Made by a program: the position numbers and the translations under genes. Positions 25,981-35,597 of a stretch of 64,000 nt of DNA are shown in pieces. Below the pieces are notes generated by a model, which did no database searches, was not told where the DNA came from, and saw nothing but the letters and a program-made list of their open reading frames with translations. Source of the DNA: Balneolaceae bacterium (GTDB lineage: Bacteria; Bacteroidota; Rhodothermia; Balneolales; Balneolaceae); the NCBI GenBank assembly GCA_965222205.1, contig OZ244932.1, positions 1,158,896-1,222,895 of the forward strand, read 5' to 3'. Every line of letters begins with the position of its first letter. Position 1 is the stretch's first letter.

Positions 25981-26475
25981 CTAGTTTTTTTGTTTAATTC
26001 GTTGAGTTTCAGGGTCATCCAGTTTACCAACCGGCTCTACAATCCATGTGGTATTATCGCGATAAACGATGCGTACCTGAGTTCCGGCAGGTATTTCTCC
26101 CTCCATAGAACGAGCCTGCCATGAAATCCCCTGAAAGCGTATTCGGCCTTCGCTGGATAAGTCATCAATAGGTTCAATCACGTCTACGATTTGATCCATG
26201 GCTTCGAAATCCTCATCAGCCACTTTGAAACTACTTTCACCACCAAAATACTTTTTCAGGAAGGGTAGGGTTGCAACGGTTAATACAGCAGAGGTGAGAA
26301 ACCATGCCAAAGTTGCAGTGACAGGATCGTCCAAAAATCCAAGGAATCGGACAATGCCAACAAGTAGTCCACTGAATCCTAAAATCACAGCCATACCACT
26401 TGGAATCGCCCATTCGAGCGCCATTAGTATAATTCCACCAATCAAAAAAATCCAGGTAAGCGTTTCTCCGTCCAT
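25981..26475 (-). CDS. NfeD-family membrane protein
   Basis: 164 aa with three TM helices plus a C-terminal OB-like soluble domain. Classic NfeD-SPFH operon partner. Confidence 0.8.
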   Translation of the reverse strand: MDGETLTWIFLIGGIILMALEWAIPSGMAVILGFSGLLVGIVRFLGFLDDPVTATLAWFLTSAVLTVATLPFLKKYFGGESSFKVADEDFEAMDQIVDVIEPIDDLSSEGRIRFQGISWQARSMEGEIPAGTQVRIVYRDNTTWIVEPVGKLDDPETQRIKQKN

Positions 26476-26568
26476 GATTCTTTAACTCTCATTCTATTGA
26501 ACAGGTAGATACCAAATTGAGAGCAAAAAATCTCAACTTCTTGGCATTATATTTGCCAAATTATCATC

Positions 26569-28353
26569 ATGAGTAAAACGGATGAAAAAGAGAAGCGTGG
26601 CCTGAAAAGCCTGAAAGAGACGCTGGTTAAAATTTTTGCTTTAAGTAAGCCGTATCGGGGTCGATTTTATACCGCAACGGTTTTGGTATTGATTGGTTCC
26701 GGGATTTGGCTTTCCGTTCCGTTAGGACTTCGTGAATTATTGGATGCTGTTTTTGAACAGGGTGATGAAAACCTGCTCAATCTTTTAGCTATCGGTTTGC
26801 TTGGGCTTTTTGTGCTTCAAGTCGTATTTACATTTACAGGAAATTACTTTTTAGAGTGGGTTGGAGAACGAGTAGTTACCGATCTGCGAAAAAAACTGTA
26901 TGAACATCTACACTGTCTTGGGTTTCGGTTTTTCGCTGAGCGCAGATTGGGAGAGATCACTTCCCGGCTAACCAACGATGTAGGTTCCATCCGTACTGCC
27001 TTAACAGACTCACTTCCCCAATTGCTCACCATTTCTTTTTCTATGATTGGTTCGGTTTCATTGATGGTGTTGCTGAACTGGAGATTGAGCGCAGTGATTT
27101 TTGCTACTGTTCCTTTTGTCACGATAGCTACTCGATATTTTGGTCAGAAAATCAGAAAACTTTCCAGGGGAATTCAGGATGAGTTAGCCGATTCGACTGC
27201 GGTAGCCGAAGATGCTTTAGGTGCCGTAAGATTAGTCAAAGCATTTGTGAGGGAGGATTACGAAGTAGATCGATATTCTTCAGCCATAGAAAAGTTATTC
27301 AAAACTGTTCGTCGAAAAGTGGTACTTACTCAGTTCTTCTGGTCGGGAGTAGGAATCATGTTCATGGGCACTCTGGTAGTGATTTTTTGGTATGGGGGAA
27401 AAGAAGTACTTGCAGACCGACTTACTGCCGGAGATTTAGTCGCTTTCATTATTTACGCTTTGAATATATCCCGATCCATCAGTCAAACTTCGAGATTGTA
27501 TACGGCAGTAAATACCGCAGCAGGTGCTTCAGAGCGTATATTTGAATTACTGGAAGAAGTTCCTGAAATCAAAGATCGAGAGGATGCTATAGAACTCGAT
27601 CATATTGAAGGAAAGATTAGTGTGGAAGGATTGAATTTTGCTTATGAGGATGATCGCGCAATTCTAAAAGATATTTCCTTTGAAGTAGAAGCAGGGCAAA
27701 CTATTGCATTGGTAGGGCCTAGTGGTGCGGGTAAAACTACGCTTCTCAATTTAATTCCAAGATTCTACGAAGCACAGGAGGGTAGTATCAAAGTGGATGG
27801 GAATGAAATAGAAGATGTTAAGGTGAAATCCTTACGAGAGCACATTTCGATTGTGCCTCAGGAAGTGCATTTATTTGGCACCAGCATCAAAGAAAATATC
27901 AAATACGGAAAACTGGATGCAACCGATGAAGAGATAGAATCGGCTGCAAGAGATGCCAATGCGCATGATTTCATTTCTGAAATCCCGAAGGCTTATGATG
28001 CAATGATCGGAGAAAAGGGAGTAAAGTTAAGTGGTGGCCAAAGACAGCGATTAGCAATTGCGAGAGCAATCCTGAAGAACCCAAAAATATTGCTTCTTGA
28101 CGAAGCCACTTCTTCACTCGATTCTGAATCAGAAGCTCAGGTTCAGGATGCGTTGTACCGTTTGATGAAAGGTAGAACGACCTTTGTGATAGCGCACCGA
28201 CTTTCAACGGTTCAGCATGCAGATCGAATTCTGGTGCTGGATAAAGGTGAGATTGTAGAAGATGGAACTCATCAACAGCTATTGGCATCAGGTGGGTTAT
28301 ATAGTCACTTGTATGAGCTGCAGTTCAGAGATTTGGATATGGATGCGGTTTGA
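26569..28353 (+). CDS. ABC transporter, fused permease/ATP-binding protein (MsbA/exporter type)
   Basis: 594 aa with a 6-TM domain, Walker A GPSGAGKTT, signature LSGGQRQR and Walker B ILLLDEATS. Confidence 0.9.
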   Translation: MSKTDEKEKRGLKSLKETLVKIFALSKPYRGRFYTATVLVLIGSGIWLSVPLGLRELLDAVFEQGDENLLNLLAIGLLGLFVLQVVFTFTGNYFLEWVGERVVTDLRKKLYEHLHCLGFRFFAERRLGEITSRLTNDVGSIRTALTDSLPQLLTISFSMIGSVSLMVLLNWRLSAVIFATVPFVTIATRYFGQKIRKLSRGIQDELADSTAVAEDALGAVRLVKAFVREDYEVDRYSSAIEKLFKTVRRKVVLTQFFWSGVGIMFMGTLVVIFWYGGKEVLADRLTAGDLVAFIIYALNISRSISQTSRLYTAVNTAAGASERIFELLEEVPEIKDREDAIELDHIEGKISVEGLNFAYEDDRAILKDISFEVEAGQTIALVGPSGAGKTTLLNLIPRFYEAQEGSIKVDGNEIEDVKVKSLREHISIVPQEVHLFGTSIKENIKYGKLDATDEEIESAARDANAHDFISEIPKAYDAMIGEKGVKLSGGQRQRLAIARAILKNPKILLLDEATSSLDSESEAQVQDALYRLMKGRTTFVIAHRLSTVQHADRILVLDKGEIVEDGTHQQLLASGGLYSHLYELQFRDLDMDAV

Positions 28354-28382
28354 AAATACTAAGCATTGAGCACTCTATGGTT

Positions 28383-28409
28383 GTCATTCCGGGCTTGACC
28401 CGGAATCTG
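28383..28409. repeat. REP-like GTCAT...ATCTG hairpin
   Basis: gtcaTTCCGGGcttgaCCCGGAAtctg. A related inverted copy lies at about 28466-28503. Confidence 0.5.
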
Positions 28410-28651
28410 TTAATACAGACTCGGTATTTAATAAAATTTATTCATATCTAAGTATCTTTATTCACAGATGCTGGTTCTTCGGAAGTATCCTCAGAATGAT
28501 TGATTTGATTTCGGTTCTTCTTCCTCCAATGCTCTGCGTTGGAGGGTTTTTGTTGTTTTAGTTTTAAGCGAAGGATTAAAACCCTTCGCTTGTCATCCAT
28601 GTATATGTCATATAACCTATCTAAGGGCAGGAAGGAATGACTTATTCAAAA

Positions 28652-29713
28652 CTAATTATCCGCGTTATAAGCTTGAATGACTTCCGAATAACTCATGTCA
28701 ACAAGTAAGCTACGGTCATCCAACACTTTAAGAAACTCTACCGGAACACTGGCATTATAAAGCCCAATTATTCCAGAATAAGAAAAGGTATCCAAAAAAC
28801 CGGCAGATTGAAGAGAGTTCAGGTAAGTGATAGGAACACCACCATTAAATAACCCGATTACCCCGGAGTACGAGAATTCTTCCAGAAAGCCACTACTATT
28901 CATTTCATCAAGGTAAGAAGTAGGAACTCCCCCGTTAAATAATCCAATTACTCCTGAGTATGAGAAATCATCCAGATAACCCGCTTGTTGCATCTGATTC
29001 AAATATGGAATAGAAACTCCACCATTATATAATCCAATGAGTGCTGAGTACGAAAACTCATCGAGGTAACCAGCCTCACTCATTTGATCAAGATACTGGG
29101 TAGGAACATCTCCATTGTATAACCCGATAATTGCAGAATAGGAGAAATCGTCCAGATATCCGGCTGCATCCATTTGATTTAGATACTCAATAGGTACATT
29201 TCCATTATAAAGACCAATAATGGCTGAGTATGAAAATTCATTAAGGTAACCTGCGTCACTTAACGTAGTTAAATATTCAAGAGGTACACCGCCATTATAC
29301 AATCCTTGTATTGCGCTTCCAGAGAATTGATTTGGAAAGGCTACATTGATTTGTTGGAGGTAGTCAAGGTATTCGGTATTTATCTGTTGTATTGCCGGAG
29401 GAGCCGGAGGAGCCGGGAAGCTTTGAATATCCGGTACATCAGGAGCTGCAAATTCCGGTACGTTTACTTCTACATTAAACCCATCATCATCAAACACAAA
29501 TACGGAGGCGGGACCACCAATTAAAAACCATGCGCCTGCAATAGCTGAGAATAAAAGAATTGCGATTAGATTTCTCTTCCTACTTGGCTTTGGATAGTTA
29601 ATGTCATCTTCAGGTAGTTGTTCTTGTCCTGGAATTTCATTGGCTTTTTCATCAATGTATTCATCAAGATCAAAGTCTGGTGAGTTTCCGCTGTTTCTGA
29701 ATCTTTGTGCCAT
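28652..29713 (-). CDS. membrane-anchored protein with about eight 30-aa tandem repeats (paralogue 4 of tandem family)
   Basis: 353 aa. N-terminal acidic DFDLDEYIDEKA motif, one TM helix, then repeats of FSYSAIIGLYNG.VP.EYL.QM..AGYLD.. Confidence 0.75.
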   Translation of the reverse strand: MAQRFRNSGNSPDFDLDEYIDEKANEIPGQEQLPEDDINYPKPSRKRNLIAILLFSAIAGAWFLIGGPASVFVFDDDGFNVEVNVPEFAAPDVPDIQSFPAPPAPPAIQQINTEYLDYLQQINVAFPNQFSGSAIQGLYNGGVPLEYLTTLSDAGYLNEFSYSAIIGLYNGNVPIEYLNQMDAAGYLDDFSYSAIIGLYNGDVPTQYLDQMSEAGYLDEFSYSALIGLYNGGVSIPYLNQMQQAGYLDDFSYSGVIGLFNGGVPTSYLDEMNSSGFLEEFSYSGVIGLFNGGVPITYLNSLQSAGFLDTFSYSGIIGLYNASVPVEFLKVLDDRSLLVDMSYSEVIQAYNADN

Positions 29714-29719
29714 AATTGT

Positions 29720-30586
29720 TTAATTACTCATTTCCTGATACGCTTTAACAATATCATCTGTCTCAACTTTATCAAGTAAGCCAAGCTGCTCTAATTGTTG
29801 TAAAAAGCTGGTGGGAATTTTGGCGTCATGAAACTTTTGAAGGGATGAATCATCAAATTTTTCATTTAAACCCAATCTGGTAAGCTCTGATGAATATTCG
29901 ATAAAACTGGAATTTACATCAAGGGCTTCTTCAGCTACTCTTTCTGCTCCCGATAGTTCAACCTCTCTTAGGTTTCGTAATTCTTCAAGCGCCTCCTGAA
30001 TTCCAAGTTGACTCGCCTCACCTATTACTTCTCCAAATTCAGGTGAATTACCAATTCCTTCCAGAGCTTCCATTGCGGTTCTTAATGCAAATTCCCGGAG
30101 TTCATTCATTTCTTCCATATTTTCAAGTCCGGAAATGCTGCTTTCGAGTTCTTCAAGCTCACTTAACCGTTCGAGTTCTCCTAGTTCAGCAAGTCCTTCG
30201 AGCTCACTAAGTGATTCAAGTCCTTCCAAAGAGCTAAGCTCAGCAAGTTTTTCCAATTCGTTCATATTTACGACCTGAGCTCCATTTCCGGGATTAATTT
30301 CTATAACCAACGGGTCAGGAGCAGGGGCAACGTATCCAGCTTGATACTTTTCTATTCCAAAGATATTACCGTACACCTGTAGCGGGTTCCAATTATTGAA
30401 ATAGAGAAGGGTAAGGATTCCAAATCCAAAGAGGAGTACAGTATTTCGAAACCAGCTTGATTTTTCCGGCTTAGTCTCCGACTCAAGCTGGTCATTATGT
30501 TTCCCGGAGTTTGCTTTTTCGTTGATGTATTCATCAAGATTAAAGCTACCAGGGTTTTGATTTCTATAAGAATTTCGTTCGCTCAT
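29720..30586 (-). CDS. membrane-anchored family member with Leu/Glu-rich low-complexity ectodomain (paralogue 3)
   Basis: 288 aa. Same N-terminal FNLDEYINEKA motif and TM helix. The centre is LEKLAELSSLEGLESLSELEGLAELGELERLSELEELE. Only one C-terminal repeat-like unit. Confidence 0.7.
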   Translation of the reverse strand: MSERNSYRNQNPGSFNLDEYINEKANSGKHNDQLESETKPEKSSWFRNTVLLFGFGILTLLYFNNWNPLQVYGNIFGIEKYQAGYVAPAPDPLVIEINPGNGAQVVNMNELEKLAELSSLEGLESLSELEGLAELGELERLSELEELESSISGLENMEEMNELREFALRTAMEALEGIGNSPEFGEVIGEASQLGIQEALEELRNLREVELSGAERVAEEALDVNSSFIEYSSELTRLGLNEKFDDSSLQKFHDAKIPTSFLQQLEQLGLLDKVETDDIVKAYQEMSN

Positions 30587-30588
30587 TG

Positions 30589-31515
30589 TTAGTTATTTTG
30601 ACCATCGATGCGGTAAGCATCAACAACAGATTGAGATGACATATTTTCTAATAATCCACGATCGGCTAGACCTTTGATAAATGAAATTGACACATTATTA
30701 GTATACAATCTTGAGATGGAAGTACTACCAAAATCATTCATTAATCCCTGATTTGCCAAATCAGCAATATAAGATGAGGGCACATTATTGGAATATAGTC
30801 GTGAGATGGAAGTTCCACCAAATTCATCTATTACCCCAGCGTTCTTAAGATCATTGATATATTCGAAAGGAACCTGATTTGAATATAAAGTAGAAATGGA
30901 ACTGCTACCAAAGTTATCAAGTAGGTTAGCATCTTTGAGCTGTTCCAGATATTCAAAGGGTATATTATTAGTATACAATCTTGAGATTGAGGTTCCACCA
31001 AAATTATCAAGAATACCAGCCTGGCCCAGTCGATCAATATATTCGACCGGAACATTGTTTTGATATAATCTTGATAGGGAAGAGCTTCCAAAGTCATCCA
31101 GATATCCCAGCTCGTTAAGCGCAGCCATATAATCTGTGAAACTCATATCAAGATTTGAAACCCCCGGTTGAGGTTCCCGAACGGTTATTTCAGGGATATC
31201 GACATTAATATCTGGAATATCCACATTGATTGGAGGGATTTGAATATTTATGCCTCCTGCTTGCTGAGTTTGAGTGATTTCCTCACCAAAAAAGAAATTG
31301 TACGCGTTACTCGGACTCCAATCAAAGTACCATAGAAAGGAAGCGGCGCTAACCGCACAAATAAGGATCAGATTGCGGGTAAAAGAAGTGGATTCAATTT
31401 CCTGCTCTTCCGTATCCGGTTCCCGAGTCTGTTCCGATTGTTCAGCTAGGTAATTATCCAGATTAAAATCCGGATCTTCCTGGTTTGGTGATTTATTAAA
31501 TCGTTGTTTTGACAT
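30589..31515 (-). CDS. membrane-anchored 30-aa-repeat protein (paralogue 2)
   Basis: 308 aa. DFNLDNYLAEQ motif, TM helix with FDWSPSNAYNFFFG, and repeats FG.(S/T)S(I/L)SRLY.NNVP.EYI..L..AG.LD. Confidence 0.75.
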   Translation of the reverse strand: MSKQRFNKSPNQEDPDFNLDNYLAEQSEQTREPDTEEQEIESTSFTRNLILICAVSAASFLWYFDWSPSNAYNFFFGEEITQTQQAGGINIQIPPINVDIPDINVDIPEITVREPQPGVSNLDMSFTDYMAALNELGYLDDFGSSSLSRLYQNNVPVEYIDRLGQAGILDNFGGTSISRLYTNNIPFEYLEQLKDANLLDNFGSSSISTLYSNQVPFEYINDLKNAGVIDEFGGTSISRLYSNNVPSSYIADLANQGLMNDFGSTSISRLYTNNVSISFIKGLADRGLLENMSSQSVVDAYRIDGQNN

Positions 31516-31526
31516 AATTCAGTAAT

Positions 31527-32450
31527 TTAGTTGCCCTCTGCTGCATATAAATCGACAATATCAACGAAACTAAGTTCGTCGATTAACCCTTTAGACTTTA
31601 ATTCGTTAAGAAACTCGACTGTTACACCATTTTCAAAAAATTCGGTAATGTCTACAAAAGAAAGATTTCCTATATATCCATTTTCTTCCAGCTGTCTCAG
31701 ATAACCCATAGATACATTAGCAGAATAAAACTCGGTGATATCAACGAAAGAGAGTTCATCAAGTATGCCAATTTCATTGAGCTGATCCAGGTATTCGAAA
31801 GGTACATTGTTCTCATAGAATTCTGTGATATCAACAAAAGAGAGGTCATTCAGATAACCTGCTTGATCTAATGCCTGCAAATATTCTATAGGAATTCTAC
31901 TGTCATAGAACTCAGAGATATCTACAAAAGAGAATTCTCCAAGTAAGTTCGGTTCATCTAATGCTTCGAGATATGAAACCGGTACCCCTGAACTATAAAG
32001 CTGGCGTGCATCAAAACCGGAGAGTTTGTTATCTCCTATAAGATTTTTCTCTCTTAACTCAACCAGATAGTCAACTGCCGATCCTTCGGAAGGTTCAGCT
32101 GTTGTTTCAAATTCCGGAAATCGGGGAGCTTCGGAAACTACCGTTTGTTCTATATCTGGAGATGCCGTTTGGCCACCTTCCTCAAACACAAGAATCGGAT
32201 TTTCCCCTTCAAAAAAATAGTTATACGCGTTGCGTGGACTCCAGTCAAACGTCCACAGGAAAATGGTTGTAATAACTGCTAAAACCAGCAACGAATTTTT
32301 GATAAGATCGGAACGTTCTTCAAAAACTTCTTCAATTTGATCTTCTGATTCGGGGTTTTGAGCCTTTTCGTTCAGGTAACCATCCAGATCGAAGTCAGAA
32401 TCAAGATCATTTTTAAGTGGACGGTTTTTAAAATTTCCCTTTTGTGCCAT
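31527..32450 (-). CDS. membrane-anchored 30-aa-repeat protein (paralogue 1)
   Basis: 307 aa. DFDLDGYLNEKA motif, TM helix with FDWSPRNAYNYFF, and repeats LSFVDITEFY.NNVP.EYL.QL...G.L.. Confidence 0.75.
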   Translation of the reverse strand: MAQKGNFKNRPLKNDLDSDFDLDGYLNEKAQNPESEDQIEEVFEERSDLIKNSLLVLAVITTIFLWTFDWSPRNAYNYFFEGENPILVFEEGGQTASPDIEQTVVSEAPRFPEFETTAEPSEGSAVDYLVELREKNLIGDNKLSGFDARQLYSSGVPVSYLEALDEPNLLGEFSFVDISEFYDSRIPIEYLQALDQAGYLNDLSFVDITEFYENNVPFEYLDQLNEIGILDELSFVDITEFYSANVSMGYLRQLEENGYIGNLSFVDITEFFENGVTVEFLNELKSKGLIDELSFVDIVDLYAAEGN

Positions 32451-32523
32451 AATATTTTTTTGGAAAGAGTTCTGTTGAAAGACGAGTATAGCACAGTGAT
32501 TGTTTCAATTTAGCTCAAGGCTA

Positions 32524-32555
32524 TAAAAAAAAGCCCTCCGTTATGGAGGGCTTTT
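32524..32555 (-). terminator. rho-independent terminator after the vWA gene
   Basis: On the minus strand reads aaaAGCCCTCCataacGGAGGGCTtttttttt, 8 nt after the stop codon at 32563. Confidence 0.75.
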
Positions 32556-32562
32556 CAAGGGC

Positions 32563-34461
32563 TTAATTTTTTGATTGCCCCTGCCAGAGCAATTCTGCTA
32601 GTTCAGCAATCTTTATGAATTCAGCCCTATAGCCCTGATCATCTTCACCTTTTCCGTACTTGGCAAGCTGAGTAACCATATCGAAGGTGGAGGTTCCTTT
32701 AAACTTAGAGTCTCTGAGCAACATCCCAAACGAAGCAACTGATGCTGCAAAAGATAGATTTTCAGAAAGCTCTGTGTTTAATTGTTTCTTATTCACAACT
32801 CTGGAAATTAATTCGCTGCGGTCTCCATCCGGTTGTTTGTAGCGGAGTTTCACGGTCATGATTTCATCACTGAACCCCCCAACAGGGTTTGTCGGAGTTT
32901 GATACTTGAGCGGGTCTACATCGGTAAGATTATTATCGATTTCAACTCCGGCAGGAATTACTTCATAAAGAGCTGTTACCGTATGTCCGGAACCAAGCTC
33001 TCCGGCATCTTTCTTATCATCATTGAAGTCTTCATCTGCTAATAAGCGATTTTCGTAACCAATCAAACGATACGCCTGAACGTTTTGAGGATTGAATTCT
33101 ACCTGAATTTTAACATCTTTAGCAATCGTATGAAGAGTTCCACCCATTTCTGAAACGAGCACTTTTTTGGCTTCAAGCAAATTATCGATGTAATAGTAGT
33201 TTCCATTTCCGTGATTGGCGATTTTTTCCATTTTGGAATCTTTCAGATTTCCGGTTCCAAAACCCAATACAGAAAGAAATATCCCGTGTTCTCTCTTTTC
33301 TTCAATCAATTCTACCAAAGCTTCGTCATTAGAGACACCAACGTTGAAGTCTCCGTCGGTAGCAAGGATCACGCGATTATTGGCATCCTCCCGGAAGTTT
33401 TCCATAGCTACTTTATAAGCCTGCTGAATCCCTGCCGCTCCGGCAGTAGACCCGCCTGACTGGAGTTTATCTAAGGATTCCAGAATGGTTTCTTTATCAT
33501 AGCCTGAGGTTGGAGGAAGTACCAGACCCGAACTTCCTGCATATACTACAATCGAGACATAATCTTCTTCCCGGAGCTGATTGACAAGTAGCTTAAATCC
33601 CCTTTTGAGAAGGGGGAGTTTGTCATAAGAACTCATTGATCCTGATACATCCAACAGAAAAACCAGGTTGCTTGGCGGGAGATTATCTGCTTCAATTCTT
33701 TCTCCCTGTATTCCAATTTGAACAAGGTGATGTTGAGAGTTCCAGGGAGCAGAAGCAACTTCAGTATGAACTGAAAAAGGGCTATCTCCAGTTGGTTCAG
33801 GATAGTTGTAATTGAAATAATTGATCATTTCCTCAATACGAACCGCATCCGATGGAGGAAGGTAGCCATCGGTAATCATCCTGCGAACATTTGAGTAGGA
33901 AGCCCCGTCAACGTCGATAGAGAATGTTGAAAGAGGTGTTTTCTGAGCCCAGTTAAATACGTTTTCAGAAATAGCATCGTATTGTTCGTTCACTAAGGGA
34001 GGGGCAGCATATAGGTTACCACTTCTCTGAATAGTAACTCCCGGGGAACTTTGAACCATAACAGATGAGCTTACTTTTTGGGACTCAGCATGATCTGCCT
34101 CAGCTGAAACAACTATTTCTTCTAATCCAAGTATTTCCGGTTTCAGTTGAATGACCAGATTTTGGACTCCTTCTTTCCCCACTGTGATCTTCTGCTCAAT
34201 GGTGGCGTAACCAATGTATTTAACCATCAATGTATGAGTACCTGCAGGCACTACGAGTTTGAATTTTCCATCAATATCAGTTGAAGTATTTAGCTTTTCT
34301 TCCTTCACGTATATCAATACAGATGGAAGAGGCTCCTTTGTATCAAAATCTAAAACCACACCTGAGATAACAACTTGCAGGTTTTTCTCTTGATAGTTTG
34401 CAATGGATGATTCGAAAATGGGAGAGAGCGCGAAGAGTAACGTAGCAATCAGAAGCTTCAT
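32563..34461 (-). CDS. von Willebrand factor type A domain protein with N-terminal carboxypeptidase-regulatory-like domain (YfbK-like)
   Basis: 632 aa with signal peptide and CarboxypepD_reg-like beta-sandwich. vWA MIDAS motif (LVFLLDVSGSM), then a conserved C-terminal extension. Confidence 0.85.
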   Translation of the reverse strand: MKLLIATLLFALSPIFESSIANYQEKNLQVVISGVVLDFDTKEPLPSVLIYVKEEKLNTSTDIDGKFKLVVPAGTHTLMVKYIGYATIEQKITVGKEGVQNLVIQLKPEILGLEEIVVSAEADHAESQKVSSSVMVQSSPGVTIQRSGNLYAAPPLVNEQYDAISENVFNWAQKTPLSTFSIDVDGASYSNVRRMITDGYLPPSDAVRIEEMINYFNYNYPEPTGDSPFSVHTEVASAPWNSQHHLVQIGIQGERIEADNLPPSNLVFLLDVSGSMSSYDKLPLLKRGFKLLVNQLREEDYVSIVVYAGSSGLVLPPTSGYDKETILESLDKLQSGGSTAGAAGIQQAYKVAMENFREDANNRVILATDGDFNVGVSNDEALVELIEEKREHGIFLSVLGFGTGNLKDSKMEKIANHGNGNYYYIDNLLEAKKVLVSEMGGTLHTIAKDVKIQVEFNPQNVQAYRLIGYENRLLADEDFNDDKKDAGELGSGHTVTALYEVIPAGVEIDNNLTDVDPLKYQTPTNPVGGFSDEIMTVKLRYKQPDGDRSELISRVVNKKQLNTELSENLSFAASVASFGMLLRDSKFKGTSTFDMVTQLAKYGKGEDDQGYRAEFIKIAELAELLWQGQSKN

Positions 34462-34641
34462 AATAACACCTCTTGGTTAATTAAAGATAACAGAGATACA
34501 ATACCGGTATAGAACCGGGACTTGTATCACATGTGAATGTTATTAAGAGGAATAACTCCTGTGAAAATTCTTATCACATTTATTTTGTACTAAAAAAGTT
34601 ATTTTTCCAGAATAGCTAATGAAAAAGCGGCAACTAAATGA

Positions 34642-35592
34642 CTATAAAAAAATGTTGGAAAGAGTAGAGTTAATATCTCTTTCCAAAACAGGCTTAAATT
34701 CTGATCCCGTTAACATCTGGAATAGCTCTGAATAACGTTCAAAAACCTCAAAACGGAATTCATTGGGTAAATCAGGGAGCGTTTGACCGTCAAGTCCCTG
34801 AAAGTTCTGGCTCATCAGCCATTCTCTGAGAAATTCTTTTGATAATTGTTTTTGCGGTTCTGCATTAGCTTGCCGCTTTTCGTATCCATCCAGATAAAAG
34901 TAACGGGAAGAATCAGTAGTATGGACTTCATCAATTAACGTTAATTCCCCTTTGTACATACCGAACTCATATTTGGTGTCAACGAGAATTAATCCCTGCT
35001 GTGCGGCTATTTCAGTTCCACGTTCAAATAATTTGAAAGCTACATTTCTAATCTGGTCCCAAAGTTCTTCATCAACAATTCCTCGCTTCAAAATATCCGC
35101 TTCGGAAATATCCTCGTCGTGACCTTCGGTTGCTTTGGTAGCAGGAGTGAGGATTGGGTTAGGAAACCTTTGGTGTTCTACAATACCTTCAGGGAGTTGA
35201 ACTCCACATAATGTTCTTAGTCCGGATTTATAGGTTCGCCATGCGTGCCCGGTTAAATAACCTCGAATTACTACTTCAATAGGAACTGGGGAGCATTTCT
35301 TGGCAATGGTAACGTTCGGGTGAGGAACGCTGAGAATATGCGTAGGGACAATATCCTTCACCTTTTCAAAAGAAAATGCAGCCATTTGATTTAAGATTTG
35401 CCCTTTAAAAGGAATAGCCTGGCGCATGATATAATCAAAAGCCGAAATACGATCAGTAACAACAATGCCCAGTTTTTCTGGAGTCAATTCATATACTTCA
35501 CGAACTTTCCCTTTGTATTTTGATAAGCCCGGAACGCTGGTTTCAGTAATGCAATGATCAAGAGCTTCTTGTTTGCTAAATAAATTACTCAC
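34642..35592 (-). CDS. purC: phosphoribosylaminoimidazole-succinocarboxamide (SAICAR) synthase
   Basis: 316 aa. Motifs ..GKVREVY...L.IV.TDRISAFD.. and ..LILVDTKYEFG.. are typical of long-form PurC. Confidence 0.88.
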   Translation of the reverse strand: MSNLFSKQEALDHCITETSVPGLSKYKGKVREVYELTPEKLGIVVTDRISAFDYIMRQAIPFKGQILNQMAAFSFEKVKDIVPTHILSVPHPNVTIAKKCSPVPIEVVIRGYLTGHAWRTYKSGLRTLCGVQLPEGIVEHQRFPNPILTPATKATEGHDEDISEADILKRGIVDEELWDQIRNVAFKLFERGTEIAAQQGLILVDTKYEFGMYKGELTLIDEVHTTDSSRYFYLDGYEKRQANAEPQKQLSKEFLREWLMSQNFQGLDGQTLPDLPNEFRFEVFERYSELFQMLTGSEFKPVLERDINSTLSNIFL

Positions 35593-35597
35593 GCTGT

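Noticed and set aside
25408-26124. 238-aa plus-strand ORF
   Set aside because: It lies mostly antisense to the SPFH gene (25045..25974) and extends antisense into the 3' end of nfeD. Its composition is typical of a shadow frame.
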